In this document: positions 41,557 through 55,520 of the stretch, one piece after another
Position numbering within the stretch: the first letter of the stretch is position 1
Layout: each line of letters begins with the position of its first letter
Origin: Orbicella franksi
Taxonomy: Eukaryota
DNA length: 64,000 bases
Assembly: GCA_964199315.1 (NCBI GenBank)
Contig: OZ116702.1
Coordinates: 15,810,001 to 15,874,000, forward strand
Reading direction: 5' to 3'
The notes under the pieces: model-generated
Told to the model about the DNA's origin: nothing
Database searches by the model: none
The model's input: only the letters and a program-made list of their open reading frames with translations
Position numbers and translations under genes: made by a program

Positions 41557-41931
41557 AGGCCTTGTCCACCTACGCCGAAGAAATTTAAAAAAGGGTTTTT
41601 TTAGTTTGAGACGCATCAAAAGTTTTCCATCCACACTATATCGAAGAAATTTGTGAACGCAACCATTACCTGTTATTTTGGATTTGTGTTTGAGGAAAAC
41701 TTAGGCAAGGAAATCGCATGATTATCCTGACCTCATCGTTTTCGAAAAGCTCCTTTTAAAAAATATTTTCCGCCCAATCTAAAACGCAAGGCCGCCGTTT
41801 TCAAATCCCTCCATTTTCAAGAGGGTTTTCGATACGCTACGTTTTCGTGACGGATTAGTGTGGACGGTAGGCCAACCCGTAGAAATAAAGCTGTGTTTTC
41901 AAATTTTTTCGGCGCATTGTGGACGAGGCCT
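41557..41931. mobile_element. MITE
   Basis: Terminal inverted repeats AGGCCTTGTCCAC and GTGGACGAGGCCT. Confidence 0.75.
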
Positions 41932-42595
41932 GGGGGCATAATTTCCTAGACGCTGGTTATGTCGGAACGGCCCAGTTATACCGGAATCAGAATCAAAATC
42001 AGAAGGGTGATAGCATTCATCTTGCAATAGTGGCGTTGCTAAATATCACTAACTTCATAAAATGTTTAGAGTAAGTCTTTCATCCAAGCTGCATTCTGTA
42101 AATAGGCTCATTGCTTTTTGAGCGCCAAATACCATCTGGACCATAACTGATAAGTTTGTCGGTGACTGTTTTTAGATGTTACGTTAAGACGTTTGGGCTT
42201 GTATTAAAGACCCCATTAGATGAAAATGAAAGGTTATACTCGAGATTCAAAAAGGCGGTACACTAAACGAGCGCACTTAGAAGGATTCAAAAAACTTAGC
42301 CGGAGAGTTTTAGATCATAAACATTAATATTCAAATGGCACTGAACAACACAAATTTGTTCAAAAACCAAAAAGTTCAGATAATCCAAAATGCCGTAAAG
42401 TTCGCTTAAAATAAAACTTCCAGTAAGGAGGACGTGATAACCGAAATTAAACGGTATTTAATTTTGTAGAAAAAAAAAGAAAATATATATATATGAATCT
42501 TAACTTTTTATATATATATAATCTTATTTTTATACCCATTTTTCAATATTTATTAAAAATTCATGTACTTATTAAAAAGATAACTTGGAAAGGCC

Positions 42596-43557
42596 GGGCG
42601 CTTTCGATTGGACCAAAAATTCTGGTTCAGTTGACTGCACAGCCGGAGTGGAAAACGATAAGCCCATTCCATTCAAAATTGTTACCTCTAAAATTGAAAA
42701 TGGCTGACTGACCCTGACTCTCCCAGACTTTTGTTTGCTTGAGATTATTCAATGACTTCAAGTTTTAAACACAGCGGACCCGAACACTGTATCAACAATA
42801 GCATAATCATTTAAAATAAATTTACTGTTATTTACCTGTGTTCCTGTGTCTTTTTGAGCCGTTGAGAAGGGATTTGAATAGAAGCGAAGTGCGGGTTACA
42901 TTTCAAATATCATCTTGTCTGCCGCTTTGTACAGTGTTCGGGTCCTTTGTGGCTTAAATCGCTAAGGAACCAGAATACTGTGACTTTAAGACCACAAAAG
43001 CGGGGACCTTATACAAACCACAACGGCAGCGAAAACATCGCAAAACAAAGGGTTTAATGAGTGGTACAATGGTTCTGCACGTGTTAAAAATTTCCGTAAA
43101 TTTCTTAGCCATCCTTTGCAAAACAACAGTTCATTTTCAATTTCAGGTTTTATAAAGAAAAAAAAAAAAAGAACGTGAACACCACGGGCATATCTTTTTA
43201 ACGGAATTAAACACTTTCTTGGCGTATTTAGCTGTAGCTAGTATTCCATCGACAGACAGGTGGCTATATTATAAAGTAAAATCTTGATCCATCTTCGAAG
43301 ACGCGTCGCCGTCATCTAATAGCGTGAGATGTCCAACTCGCTGTGATCGCGGTCAAAAGAACTAGCGGTGAATAAAAAAAGAGGACAACCTTCTCAGGTA
43401 TACCAACATGCTGGAGGCAATTTTGCTGGAAATTTCTGTTACATTTGATTTTCATGGTGGAACTTCTAGAATTTTCCGGAACCTTTCCCAGGAAATTTCC
43501 GTACCACGTGTCCCAGTTTAGAAAATTTCGGAATTTTTGGTTGAATGGAAATTGTCC
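42596..43557. mobile_element. Composite MITE-like repeat, copy 2
   Basis: Same outer and inner modules as 32238-32900. Confidence 0.6.
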
Positions 43558-43744
43558 ACTGTTTAGTATTTTACAGAAAATCTATGCCTATTGTTAAAAT
43601 TGTTTTATCAAGAAAGGATTAGAACGGAATACTCTTGCAATAGTTTAAAGAACAAACATCGTTATGGACAATACATTTCTTTTACATACAATTTCGCCGA
43701 CCACCTCGAGTAATTTTGCCCAAATGCAATGAAGTGTAGAAGAA

Positions 43745-45710
43745 ATAACTAGGATTTTGTCTCGTCAAGGCGAGAAAGAATGCAAACAAAGCTTCTTAAC
43801 TGCAAGCGACAAAAAGAAAATTAATTCCTCGTTATTTTTCATTTTCTCCTACCAATAAACAACGAAAGACGATATGGTTGATGAACTACAATTTTAGAAA
43901 CGCACAATGGCGCATGAAATTTTAACAGCGTGATTCACTTCACATACCTTGAATCATAAGAAGAGACAAAGAACAAAACAGGAAGTATTTCACCAAACGA
44001 AGCTTGAAGTTGTTCTCTAGGTGTTGATTCTTCATGGTCTCAATTCCAGCCGCGATCTGTGAATTCGTGGTCATCACTTAGCTTTGTCTCTTGCTGTTGC
44101 ACTAGTGTGTTCTTCAACGAGTTTACCCTCCTCTACCTTTTATCGCTGCTCAATATGTGCCTTCCCTTTCACGCGATTTGTTTAAATTTTGGGAACAGTC
44201 CTTAATGCTTGCAGCGAGGCGGGAAGTAGGTCAGATGTTGGTTATTTATGCAAAACAGGATGTCATATATGAATTATAGAGCCCACCATATAATATAAGG
44301 ATACCGCGGCATCATGTAGACTAAAAGGTAAGTAGCTACGACGGTGACGTCGATAAAACACGTCGATTTTTTTAGCGACTGTTGATATTTAATAAATCCA
44401 TAAGGAGACAGTGAAGACAATGCTGTATTTCCTAACGACTGGTTCAGGTGTATTTTGAATGTAAAAAGAGTGGAGAGTCCCAGATATGCCGGGATCGGAA
44501 TCAAAATGAGAACGAGGATACATATTCACTTTCCAAAAACCTTATGTTGCTCGGTAAACAATGGGTTATGTTTAGAGTAAGTAACGATGACTTTCGTCTA
44601 AGTTGCATTCGGTGAATGGCTTTATTGCTCGTTTCACCGACAAATACCACCTGGACAGTGACTCATTATTATTCAAATGTGACCTAAACAACAGAGACAA
44701 GTCCGAATAACAAAAAACTCAGATAATCTAAAATTTGAAGGTCGGAGTAATCCAACATTCACAACAGTTAAAAGATTGAATAATGGAGGACGTCATAACC
44801 AAAACTTAACTGTAATCTTATCAACCCATTTTATTTTGTGGCGCCAAAGTTGGCGGGTAGCGAGGATAAATAAGCAAAGTCTTAAATTTACTGCAGTCCT
44901 TTTGCCTTTGAAATATGCTTGTCAAATTGATCAATTTGAAAGACTGTTTAGTATTTTATAGCAAACCTAGGCATGTTGAAAATTCTCTTTTAAGCAAAAG
45001 TGTACAGAGCGTAAATTTTGTAAGAGGTTTCGTTGTTAAGAGCAACAAAATCCTTTGTAATTTGTGATACTAAAATAAAGACGTAGTGATGTATGTACAT
45101 TTGTTTTAAGGTTTTTAAATTTTCTGAAATATCTGGAATGATTTTCCTCGTATGCAATGAAGTATACATATTGGTATTTTTAAGAAATAACGAGGACGTT
45201 TGTCCCGGGAAGCCAAGAAGGCTTGCAAACAGGATTTCTTAACCGCGGGCGATGAAAAAAGTCGATTAATTTCTCGTTATTTTTCATTTTCTGCCACCAA
45301 ATAAACAACAAAAGACGCCATAGTTGATGAACTAAATTTTAAGGAATGCACAATGGCCAATGAAATTTTAACAGCATGATCATACCTTGAATCATAAGAA
45401 GAGACAAAGAACAAAGCAGGAAGTATTTCGCCAAACGAAGCTTGGAGTTTTTCTCCAGGTGTTGATTCTTCATGGTCTCAATTCCAGCCGTAAACTGTGA
45501 ATTCGTATTCATCTCTTAGTTTTGTCGAAATATCTTGCTGTTGCACTGGTGTTTTCCTGAACACGGATACTTTACTTACCCTTATCTTTGACTGCTGGTC
45601 AATATGTGCCTACATGCATTTTGAGAGGCGAGTTCTTAATGGCTCTATCAGGGCGGGGAGAGGGCCAAATGTTTATTACTTATGCAAAACAGGATATCAC
45701 ATGAATTACA
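43745..45710 (+). repeat. Diverged direct duplication of about 520 bp (about 43745-44280 and 45186-45710)
   Basis: Shared blocks such as CATACCTTGAATCATAAGAAGAGACAAAGAACAAA and GTGTTGATTCTTCATGGTCTCAATTCCAGCCG. Confidence 0.8.
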
Positions 45711-46189
45711 AGGCGGAATGGGCACGACAACCAAACATGGAAATGACCTACACATAAGTAAAGATGATATTGACAACCGCAACATACAGAAGACAACTGC
45801 CAAAATGTGTTCCTTAACCTGTCATGACGTTTGCTAACAATTAAGATTTATCTTATTTAGCTAAAGAAATTTGAGTAAACCTGTCGAGATTTGATGTAAA
45901 CGAAGATTTATTGGAAGGTGTAAGAAAATTACAAATCTTCGGGTAAACATCCCGAGGTTATCGTCATTTCGAAAAAAAATTATACAAAATGTTCTTTCAA
46001 AATTTCGACCGAACGATTCAATTCGTATATTTTTGATTCGTATATATTCGTATATTTTCAGAGCATTTTCCGCACTATTTACCGTCGTGACGAAAATTCC
46101 GTAATTTTTGGCAGAATCTCAAGTGTCGCCCTGATACGATCGAATTTACAGCCAGATTTGGGAATTAAGATATTCATTAAGATATACAT

Positions 46190-48355
46190 ATACCTGATGT
46201 TTTGAAAACCAGGTCCGAACAGCCCAATGACAGCTGGTGCCTAATAGAGTCATGCAAGCAGTGCTTACCAGGTTCCGCACTCCACAATTCATCTAGTCCA
46301 AAAAGGAAATGACACTAGAATCTCTGGGCCACCTGTGGATGAATTCAGGCTTAACTGTCATCATATCAGATAAAAGCTCTTTGCAAGCATATCATCATTC
46401 TGGGTTTGCCTCTTTCTTCACTAAAAGGGCATATTTTGCCCTGCAAAACAGCATCTCGGTAATCGATCGAGAGCTTATTACCAGCTGTTTCTGCTCTATC
46501 TTGTCAAAATTCACCGATTCTTTTCAGTGTAAAAGTCATGCCTCTGCAACCTATCATCAGTCTGGTTTTTCCTCTTTTTTCATTAAAAGGTCATATTTTA
46601 GCATGCGAAACAGCATCTCGGTAATCGATCAAGAGCTTATTACAAGCAATTTCTGCTCTAGCCACTGATACATTGACGATAATTATACCTGATGTTTTGA
46701 AAACCACATCCGAACAGCCCAATAACAGCTGGTGCCTAATAGAGTCATGCAAGCAGTGTTTACCAAGTTCCGCACTCCACACTTCATCTAGTGCAAAAAG
46801 GAAATGACACTAGAATCTCTGGGCTACCTGTGGATGAATTCAGACTTAACTGTCATCATATCAGATAAAAGCTTTTTGCAAGCATAACTTAATGACAGCA
46901 AACTAAAGTGCCTTGAAATCTCCCCCTCCCCCCGGGGGTCAGGTACCACTCCGCACATATCAGCCCCTCCCCCCTCACGACAATAATGGAACCTTCTGCC
47001 AAGGCAACAAACCCACTCAGCTTTGGGAAATTCCGTGCACTTTAAGGATTGTGTCACGTCGGACAGCTAAGTACATACCCAGCCGTCAGACTGACTTGAG
47101 ACTATGGACACAAGTTCAAACCGACCCCACCCCCCTGGATTAAGGGCCAGGGACCCCAAAGAGGTATCCACAATTAGCCACACTCCTGTAGATGTCTCCA
47201 GACTTTCCGGTAACGGAGCCCCCCCTGGAAAATAATGTGCTACGCTAAACTGAAATCGATGCCTGCGGCATCGATTTCAGCACAGCTCGCGGAGTAAAAT
47301 TAGGTATGCGTTTTTCAAAACTTCAAGGAAAAGTGCAATTGTAATGGCTCTATGTTTCCAGGTCATGCATTTTCTGTGAAACAATATGTCCTTTTGCACT
47401 CAGATTAAGTCATTGTCTGAGCCCATGTAGGGTTGACCCGCCCGTGGGCTTGGAGAGGTAAGATCAGTACATTATAGCAACCCTGTTGTGCTTACAAAAT
47501 TTACCTTTGGCTTCAACTTTATAACAAACCAGTTTGATTTTGACAGTGTGGCATGTTTATGATCTACAGCCCCTACCTTCATCTAGAAAAACCAAACTCA
47601 AATTGAAAATGAAAACAAGAAAATCCAAAAGAGTATTAATCAAGTCAAACTGGTTTGAAAAGTTTACCAACAAAAATAACTTCACAGCACAATTAACAGA
47701 CCCCTTTTTCAAAACTGCAGGTAGATATCTCTTGTGAAAATTCACCAACTCTTTTCAGTGTGAAAGTCATGCCTCTGCAACCTATCATCATTCTGGATTT
47801 GCCTCTTTCTTCACTTAAAGGGCATATTTTGCCCTGAAAAACAGCATCTCGGTAATCGATCGAGAGCTTATTACCAGCTGTTTCTGCTCTATCTTGTCGA
47901 AATTCACCGATTCTTTTCAGTGTAAAAGTCATGCCTCTGCAACCTATCATCAGTCTGGTTTTTCCTCTTTTTTCATTAAAAGGTCATATTTTAGCATGCG
48001 AAACAGCATCTCGGTAATCGATCAAGAGCTTATTACAAGCAATTTCTGCTCTAGCCACTGATACATTGACGATATATACCTGATGTTTTGAAAACCAGGT
48101 CCGAACAGCCCAATAACAGCTGTTGTCTAATAGAGTCATGTAAGCAGTGCTTACCAAGTTCCGCACTCCACACTTCATCTAGTGCAAAAAGGAAATGACA
48201 CTAGAATCTCTGGGCTACCTGTGGATGATTCAGGCTTAACTGTCATCATATCAGATAAAAGCTTTTTGCAAGCATAACTTAATGACAGCAAACTAAAGTG
48301 CCTTGAAATCTCCCCCTCCCCCCCGGGGGTCAGGTACCACTCCGCACATATCAGT
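46190..48355 (+). repeat. Modular complex repeat with reiterated 160-200-bp blocks and a central perfect hairpin
   Basis: Block ACCTGATGTTTTGAAAACC... starts near 46192, 46688 and 48080. A block of about 160 bp is repeated four times. Hairpin at 47250-47280. Confidence 0.85.
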
Positions 48356-50609
48356 ACAAATTGATATATCAAAAAAATGTTCAAAAAAATATCGAGTGTT
48401 TAGAGTTCGAGAGTGATCGTCGTCACTGTAAATTTTTCTGGAATAACAGAGATGAGAAACTTTTATTAATTTGCCTTGTTAAACTGAACTCTCGACTAAG
48501 TAAAACATATTACGGAATTTCGTTCCCCTGAGTAAGTTGCACTATAACAGTATTTACTTATCAAAATTACGTAAATCGATACAGCAGGGAATCACCCAGA
48601 CCACAAGATTGAATAAAAACAATCTCGCTTCAGAACTTCTCAAAAGTTAAAGACGGCAAATAAATAGCATAATGGGCGCCCTTCTGGATATGAATATTTC
48701 ATGAGAGACTTATGGATGAATACTTACCACTATAAACGTTTGTGTAGACTTCTGACCTCTCTCCATCTTTTCCTTACTGCTTACTTGTACGTTCGGCTAC
48801 TCTGCGAAAAACCTGTTTTGTTCTTACTATCGAGCCTCTCAAGAGGTTCCTGTTTAGTGTTTTCTGGGAGATGGAACGATAAAACTAAAAAATCCGAACA
48901 AATTTATCTCCGGTCCACCCTGACTAACGTAAAGTTACTCGCCTTAGAAAGCTCTATGCACTCAACAACCGCCATATTTTAGACCGCAGTGCGACTCGCG
49001 CCAGTCTTCAAGTGTTAAGATTGGCTAATATGCTCGATCCATTTGCCCTAGTGGTACTTCTCGGCAAATTTTTTTCATCGATGTTGACACTTCGTAAAAC
49101 ATAATTCCTATTTTTCTTCTCTTAAAATATGGAAAAATCTAATAATTCTTCCGGAGACAAGGAATATTGTTCCTGTGAGCTACCAAATTTCGAGCTTAAG
49201 TTTTTTGCCGGGCCTCAAATTTAAGCGAGCAGGAGTTGAATCAGCTGATTGAACAAAGACACACGGCACTCGGAAACGGACCCAAAAAACAAAAAACTGG
49301 TCTGTATCAAAAATGAATGCGTTCCCAGAGAGACTGCATAGCAACAAAAAAGAGTTTCTCTTGGAGTTACTACACCCCGACCAAATGGAACACGAACCGC
49401 GTGTTAACCACAAATTCCCGTGCTTTTGAATAAATTTAAGGCCCATGTGAAGTTTCTGTGGGAAAATATTCATTGGCACTTGTATGTAGCCTATCTTGCC
49501 ATCAAGGAGCAGAGATGTCCTTCGTAAACGTCCGCAGGGTAATGCTTAAGCACAAGAGAGGGGCTAAATGTCCACTTCTAGTTAAATTTTTGTCTTCTTG
49601 TGTGGAGCAAAGCCCGGGTAACTTTGTGTCCACGGCCGAGATTTTCGAAGCCTACGAAAGCGCGGTTAGAGTGTGGACGGACAACGACAGTGTTAGCGGC
49701 CAAACAAAGTTTTTAATGAAGAGAAACAGTTTTAACAGAGCAAGTATTTTGCAGCGATCATTGCTTTAAAATTTGCTTCGTTTATAGGTCTGTGATTCTA
49801 TGTTTCAAACAAGAGTGAAGAGAATGAAATAGATATTTTTTTGAACGAATGAATGAATGAATCACGTCAAAGATCAGAGTATTTAGCTATAGAAAGAAAC
49901 TAATTGGGGACACTATTTGCACATTTAACGCGTTTTTTTTTACAGCAACTGAAAAACGCCATTTCGACTCATAGTCAACTTAAGGGATGGCAAGTGAGGA
50001 CAGACATGAGCAACCACGTTCGCAGATACCGAGGACTTAAACTCCGCCGCGCTCGTCGAAGTCGCCCAGGATATGAATTTGGTGGGCGTGACACCCAACA
50101 ACGGGTTCAAAATTACATAGACGCAAATCCTCCACCATTACCCCCGATAGAGGTGAGTTTTATTTTACCAACCAAAGCAAAATATTTTTCAAGTTTTTTT
50201 TTTTTTTAACAGCGATAGCTATTTATTACATGTACCATACAAACCAAGGAGGCAATACCATATATAATTTACTTGCGAATGATATGAGATCACTTTTCCA
50301 ACATAATCCGAAGTATTCCGAAGATGAATAACAACCACTGGAAGGCTTCCGAATATCACGGGAGGCCATCCGATTTTTTTTCAACAAAGATTGGCCAAGT
50401 TTGCCTGAACTCAACCGAAAATTTAGAATATTTCCTACGGTTACCGAGAAACATCCAAAGAATATCGAAAGTCATAAAAGCTATTCCGAAGATTTCTAAA
50501 CGAAGCTAAGGCTGTATACGAAGTTTCCCGAGTCAAACAAGGTTTTTTTTAATGTTTTTACTAACATGTTTTGTCATCTTCCTGAATATTTATCCATTCT
50601 TTCATTTTA

Positions 50610-51274
50610 CCGAACCATGATGTTCCCAGTGACCCCAGAGGGGCAGGTCGCTGTGCGTTTGCAAACCGCGACATCGAGAGGGGTGAAATAGTAGTAGAAT
50701 ATCAAGGGGAGCATGTTTCCTTGGTAGAAGCGGCCACGCGCGAGGAGAAATACGCCAGGGAGGGCAAAATTTGCACCCTGATGGTCATTGAAAGTGGAGG
50801 CCGCCAAATTGCGTAAGTACCTTGTTTGACGTAAGATCTTCAAAAGGCGTTTCATTAACAGAGCTATCTCAACAACCATCGCGACCCTTAGTATAATTAA
50901 TGGTAACTTGAAAAATGAAACGAGTTTGATCAATTTGTCTATATGAGTCCAGACTAATTAAACCTATAGCCACGGCTGAAATACAAGTATACACAATTTA
51001 ATAATGCGCATTATTTGTTTTATATTTTGTTTTTAGGATCAATCCCTACTAAGGCAACGAGGAAAACGGGCCGACTTGGGGGGCACTGATCAACCACTCT
51101 CGAAACCACGCAAATTTGAGACCCTTCGTAGCGTTAAAAAATTCAGGAAGACCGAGAGTGTTTTTGGTTGCCTTGCATGATATTCCCGAAACCGTAGAGT
51201 TCCTATGGAACTACAACGATACGGATTGGGAATGTCATGCAGACAGTCAAACTATTCCCTCTCAAGCCCTTTAA
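50610..51274 (+). pseudogene. SET-domain (PR-Set7/SETD8-like) methyltransferase remnant, two exons, one premature stop
   Basis: GRCAFANRDIERGEIVVEYQGE. GTAAGT donor at 50813 and AG acceptor at 51035-51036. TAA at 51050-51052, then GALINHSRNHANLRP...PRVFLVALHDI...EFLWNYND. Confidence 0.78.
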
Positions 51275-51779
51275 GGCCTGGATCAAGAATTTAAAGGGAA
51301 ACAGCAGAACCTGAGTAGTCACGCGGGTTATGGTTATCCTGAATTGTTTTACTAAGCTGACATGTATATTTTCTTCTGCTAAAAACTAAATTGGAGTCCT
51401 TTCTTACATGTCGGTGAAATCGAATTGGCATAGACTTCCACTCTTGTTGGTCAATAACGCAGGGCTTTTTTTTTAATTATCTACCTTTGTTACGTTTAGA
51501 ATGGAGTGTACTTGATTTCGTATTAAAGAGTGGTGTAGGTCTTTGGGGGAAATTAGTGACCTTCGACCATCTCAAAACGAGGGATACGCTCATTCCAAAC
51601 GTTGCAGGACCGAAATGGTCGACCTGCTTCTTTGTCAAACACCACCAAATCCTCAAATGTTGGGTACACTTGAAAATGTTGACGACGCTAAATAGGCAGA
51701 ACTGCTAAATTTTGTTCCACTGACATTTTCATGAATCAACTATTTGCTATGATCCAGACCTTAATGTGCTTGAACTCTA

Positions 51780-52090
51780 ATTAACAATTACATTATGAGC
51801 TCGAGATTTCTACGAGTTGATAGTTGACGAGGCCGTAGGCCGAATCAAATATCGCCTCGTAGTCAAATCTACTAGCGTTCTATCACGAATGCCGTTCTCT
51901 GATTGGCTACGCTTCTCACTAGCTACGTTGTGATCGATAGATAATGAGTGGCGTAGTAGTGTGCCCTTGTTAACAAATTGACGGCCACTTCTTTCGAAGT
52001 GTCTGCGAGGAGGATTTCGATAAGAGATTTTTTGAAATCTCGAGCTCGTAATCTAATTGTTAAATAGAAATCGAGGGCGAGTAATCTAAT
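51780..52090. mobile_element. Hairpin-type non-autonomous element
   Basis: Inverted segments around the core GAGGCCGTAGGCCGA and a GATTGG box. A related fragment lies near 33240-33400. Confidence 0.5.
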
Positions 52091-53567
52091 TATTTTAGTA
52101 GATTTCTAACTGAAATTTCTTTCAAGTAACGGTTCTAATTATTTCTGGTCTTAGTGTTAAACTTCATGCTTTAGGGAATTCGTGCGGACTGAATTAATTG
52201 TCAGTTTGACATTTGCAGTTGTGTACGCGCGCTTATCAGTTTCTTTCAAACATTTCGACCTTTTTTAATTCAAGAAACCGCACGTAAATGCCCTCCTTTT
52301 AGTCTTCTCAGGAATTTTGTTTATCCATTTGTTTCTGAATGCTCTTTGAAAACTTCGTAGAATCGAGGAAACGTTGCAATGTTGTCGACCACACCAAGCT
52401 ACTGCACACTAATGCATGATAGTGTGCAGTGGCTCAGCCAATCAGATTACAGCATTTTCATTAGTATAGTAGTAGAATTCTACTAAAGAATCTTAGGGTA
52501 TGACTTGAACCAGAGTATTGGACTAATTTGTGACCCTTCTCTAGACCGTAATTTATAGGCCTGGTTCATGCCTTAATTTTCGTGAGTAAAAATTGTCCCC
52601 ACCCCCTTCAAACAAAGTGTAACGTTATACACGTTTATATGGAAACATTTCATTGCATCTCACTAATTAGCAAGTGTACAAACGCATTTTCCGGATTCTG
52701 ATGTAATGCCTCTCATCCTGAACTGCATCCCTTTCAATTTCTTACGAATTATTCAAATACTTCGCCACCTACTAATAGCAAAAACGAAGTTACTGTTATA
52801 TAGTTGTATACTGTTATATATACTGTTTCATGTAGATAATTTTTTTATTAGAATACACGTGATAGTAAACCTTGCATTTGGCTTGACTGATTTTTTTCTG
52901 ACTGATCATGGCCTGCAGTGGGCCAGCTAAAACCACTAACCCAACATGAGTTATTCGTGAGCAAGAGTTATGTTTCTCTTGTCTCAAAACTTTTGACACA
53001 GAGGACTCTGGGAACGAGATTGACACAGAGGCTAAATACCTATCATTGTTACTTATTTCGCCAGGTCCTATTTACTCGAAAGTGGAATCGAGTAGGTGAA
53101 TTTCGCGAGTCTGAAAAATTATCCATTTGTTATAAAAAAAAAGTCGTCAGTGTTTATAGCTAACTAGATATTTTTGAAAATTTCAACAAATGGCAATCCG
53201 TATTAGCAAACGGGTACTCAGAATCGTAGCGAATCGCGAAAACCGCTCAAATTTAACCCAGCGAAAGGAAGAAACAGTACTGAAGGTGTCAACATTATAG
53301 ATAAATAATAAATCCTTCTAAAAAAAATGGAATTCAATTGGAAATCATCTTCAATAACCAATAACCAAAAACGCAATTTTTTACCCGCCATTACCGTGAA
53401 AGCTATTGTCACTTTAACTGAAGCCAGGGGACTTCACATTTGTGATATGCAATCCAATTGTGTTTGGTTTTGCTGGTAGTGTGTTAAAAGTTGAATTTAA
53501 AACTCACAATTTGGAATGATACTACTTTTCTTTGGATCTGAATTTCTAAGTTAGCACCCTACGGACA

Positions 53568-53866
53568 TTATATGACCAAGAAAATTACTTCATTGTGATT
53601 GGCTAAGAGCAGGCTAATTTGTCGTTAATTCTTAATTTGCACTGCAGTACAAATCAACGCGCGGGCGTTCGCAATTTTCTCAGTCATATAATAAATAAGT
53701 AATTGTATGAGAGTTTGAGCAATTAAGGACTCACACTACTCCTGATATTGGAAAATTCTTTCAAATCGCACTCGCCTAAAGGCTTGTGCAATTTTGAGAG
53801 AATTTTCAAATATAAGGAGTAGTGTAAATCGTATGAATGCACTCGCATTCATACGATTACCTATAC
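53568..53866 (+). mobile_element. Non-autonomous Crypton-like hairpin element
   Basis: 5' TGTGATTGGCTAAGAGCAG, as in the element at 29070. 3' palindrome around CTCGCCTAAAGGCTTG. Confidence 0.55.
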
Positions 53867-53899
53867 TAACACTAACTTCATTCTTCTGGGGTAAATGTT

Positions 53900-54838
53900 T
53901 CAGTCATCATCGTCATCAATGTCTTGATCAGAGCTTGCTGGTAATGAGGCGTAGAAACGTTTTGCAGTTTCAGATAAATATTTCTGAGCTAGCTTTATAC
54001 AGTCTTGCTTAACATCATCGCGAATGGGTTTCTTTTCTAGTCTCACTGGAACCAAATGTTCAGCCGCATTCAATTCCACGCCTTGCTTTTTCTTCAAAAA
54101 CGAGACAATTCTCGTTTTTTCTTTCGTATCCATTGTAAACCTTATAAATGGGGTTTCCGGGTGCCAGCTTAGTTGTAAGTTCTCCTCCTGATCGGTTATT
54201 TCTCCAGAACCAAAATTGACAAACGCGATCTTCCTTACTTCGAATTTCTCGCGTTCAATGTCCTCCCTTTTAGCAACGTACTTCATTCTTAGAAAGCTTT
54301 TATAGTTCATAATCCAATCCAAATTCACCCAGTAACTTTTAACGTTATTTAAGGGGCTGTTTCGTAGTGTCGTTTCCCACTCCTGTGGAGTTTCAATTTT
54401 TTCTTTGTTGTTAAAGAATTGCTGAATACAGCTAAACCGCCTGTCACAAATTGAAAATGAGTGTCCCTCCAGTAGGAATTTAAGGTCCACTCTTAGAAAC
54501 TCTCCCTTTCTAACAATATGGTATAGGTAAAAAAATAAGTAGGATTCTTTAAATTGAGCCGGCGAGTTATCTGCCCACAGTATAAGGTGATGGAATTTAC
54601 CGTATTTTTCCTGAAGGCTTTTCAGAAGATAGTTCAGCAGAGATATTACCTCGTTTGGACCGCTTCCTCCAATAGATTCATCATAGAAGAAACAATGAAT
54701 GATGTCCTCGTTGGCACAATAGATCCCGAAAAGGTTAGCCCGTAGCTTCCTCGCGTAAAAGCCATCCTGAGAAGAAACTTTTGGTGTCCGTAAGCACTTA
54801 TGGTAATCCATTTGGAGAGTTAACACCCTCGGTAACAT
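53900..54838 (-). pseudogene. C-terminal catalytic half of a DDE-type DNA transposase (Sola-like, tentative)
   Basis: QMDYHK...P...FYARKL, GPNEVISLL, LILWADN...Q and FLLEGHSFSICDRRF. Confidence 0.7.
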
Positions 54839-55520
54839 ATTTCAGGTAGGATTTATTATTTATCTTGTTGACCTGTTCAGTTGGCCTTGCACACGACAAT
54901 TCGCTTGCTACGCAAAACGCATAACTGAAAGAGCCCGCACGCGACGTTGCGCGCGTAATAACTTCGAGCATAAACTTTAGTAGCTTTTGTCGACGGTAAG
55001 TCCGCTCGGTCGGATATAGAGATTAGCTCAACCATATACCCGACTTGTGTCCTTAGAGGACAAAGGGCAAAGCTATTTAGCAACGCTGGTTATGCCGCAA
55101 AATTGCAGAAAAATGCTTTGAAATCTTACTTTCATGTACTTTTGCATCAGACCAAATAAAGGAAGAGAGCAACAAAATTTTCTTTTTGATTTCTTTGGAG
55201 CAACTTTGAGAAACATTTATAGAAATTGCGGGAAACTTTTTGGGAAATCTTGAGCAACTTGTGGAAAGCCCTAGCTACGCTATACAAAACGCATAACTGT
55301 AAGAGCGCGCGTAATAACTTCAGGCGTAAACGTAACTTCAGTAGCTTTTGTCGACGTAAAGTCCGTTCGGTCGGGTATAGAGATTAGCTCAATCATATAC
55401 CTGACTTGTGTGTTTAGACAGACCTTAGAGTGCCTATAGATTGATTTTTAACATGTTGCGTCCTACTCATCAAGTAAATGCAGAGCGCAGAGGCACAGAT
55501 GATATTGATTTCCACCTACT

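Noticed and set aside
46309-48384. Repeated ORFs in the modular repeat (MTLESLGH..., MWSAELGK..., MIGCRGMT...)
   Set aside because: They recur only because the DNA is duplicated. Frames are not preserved between copies and no domain is recognisable.
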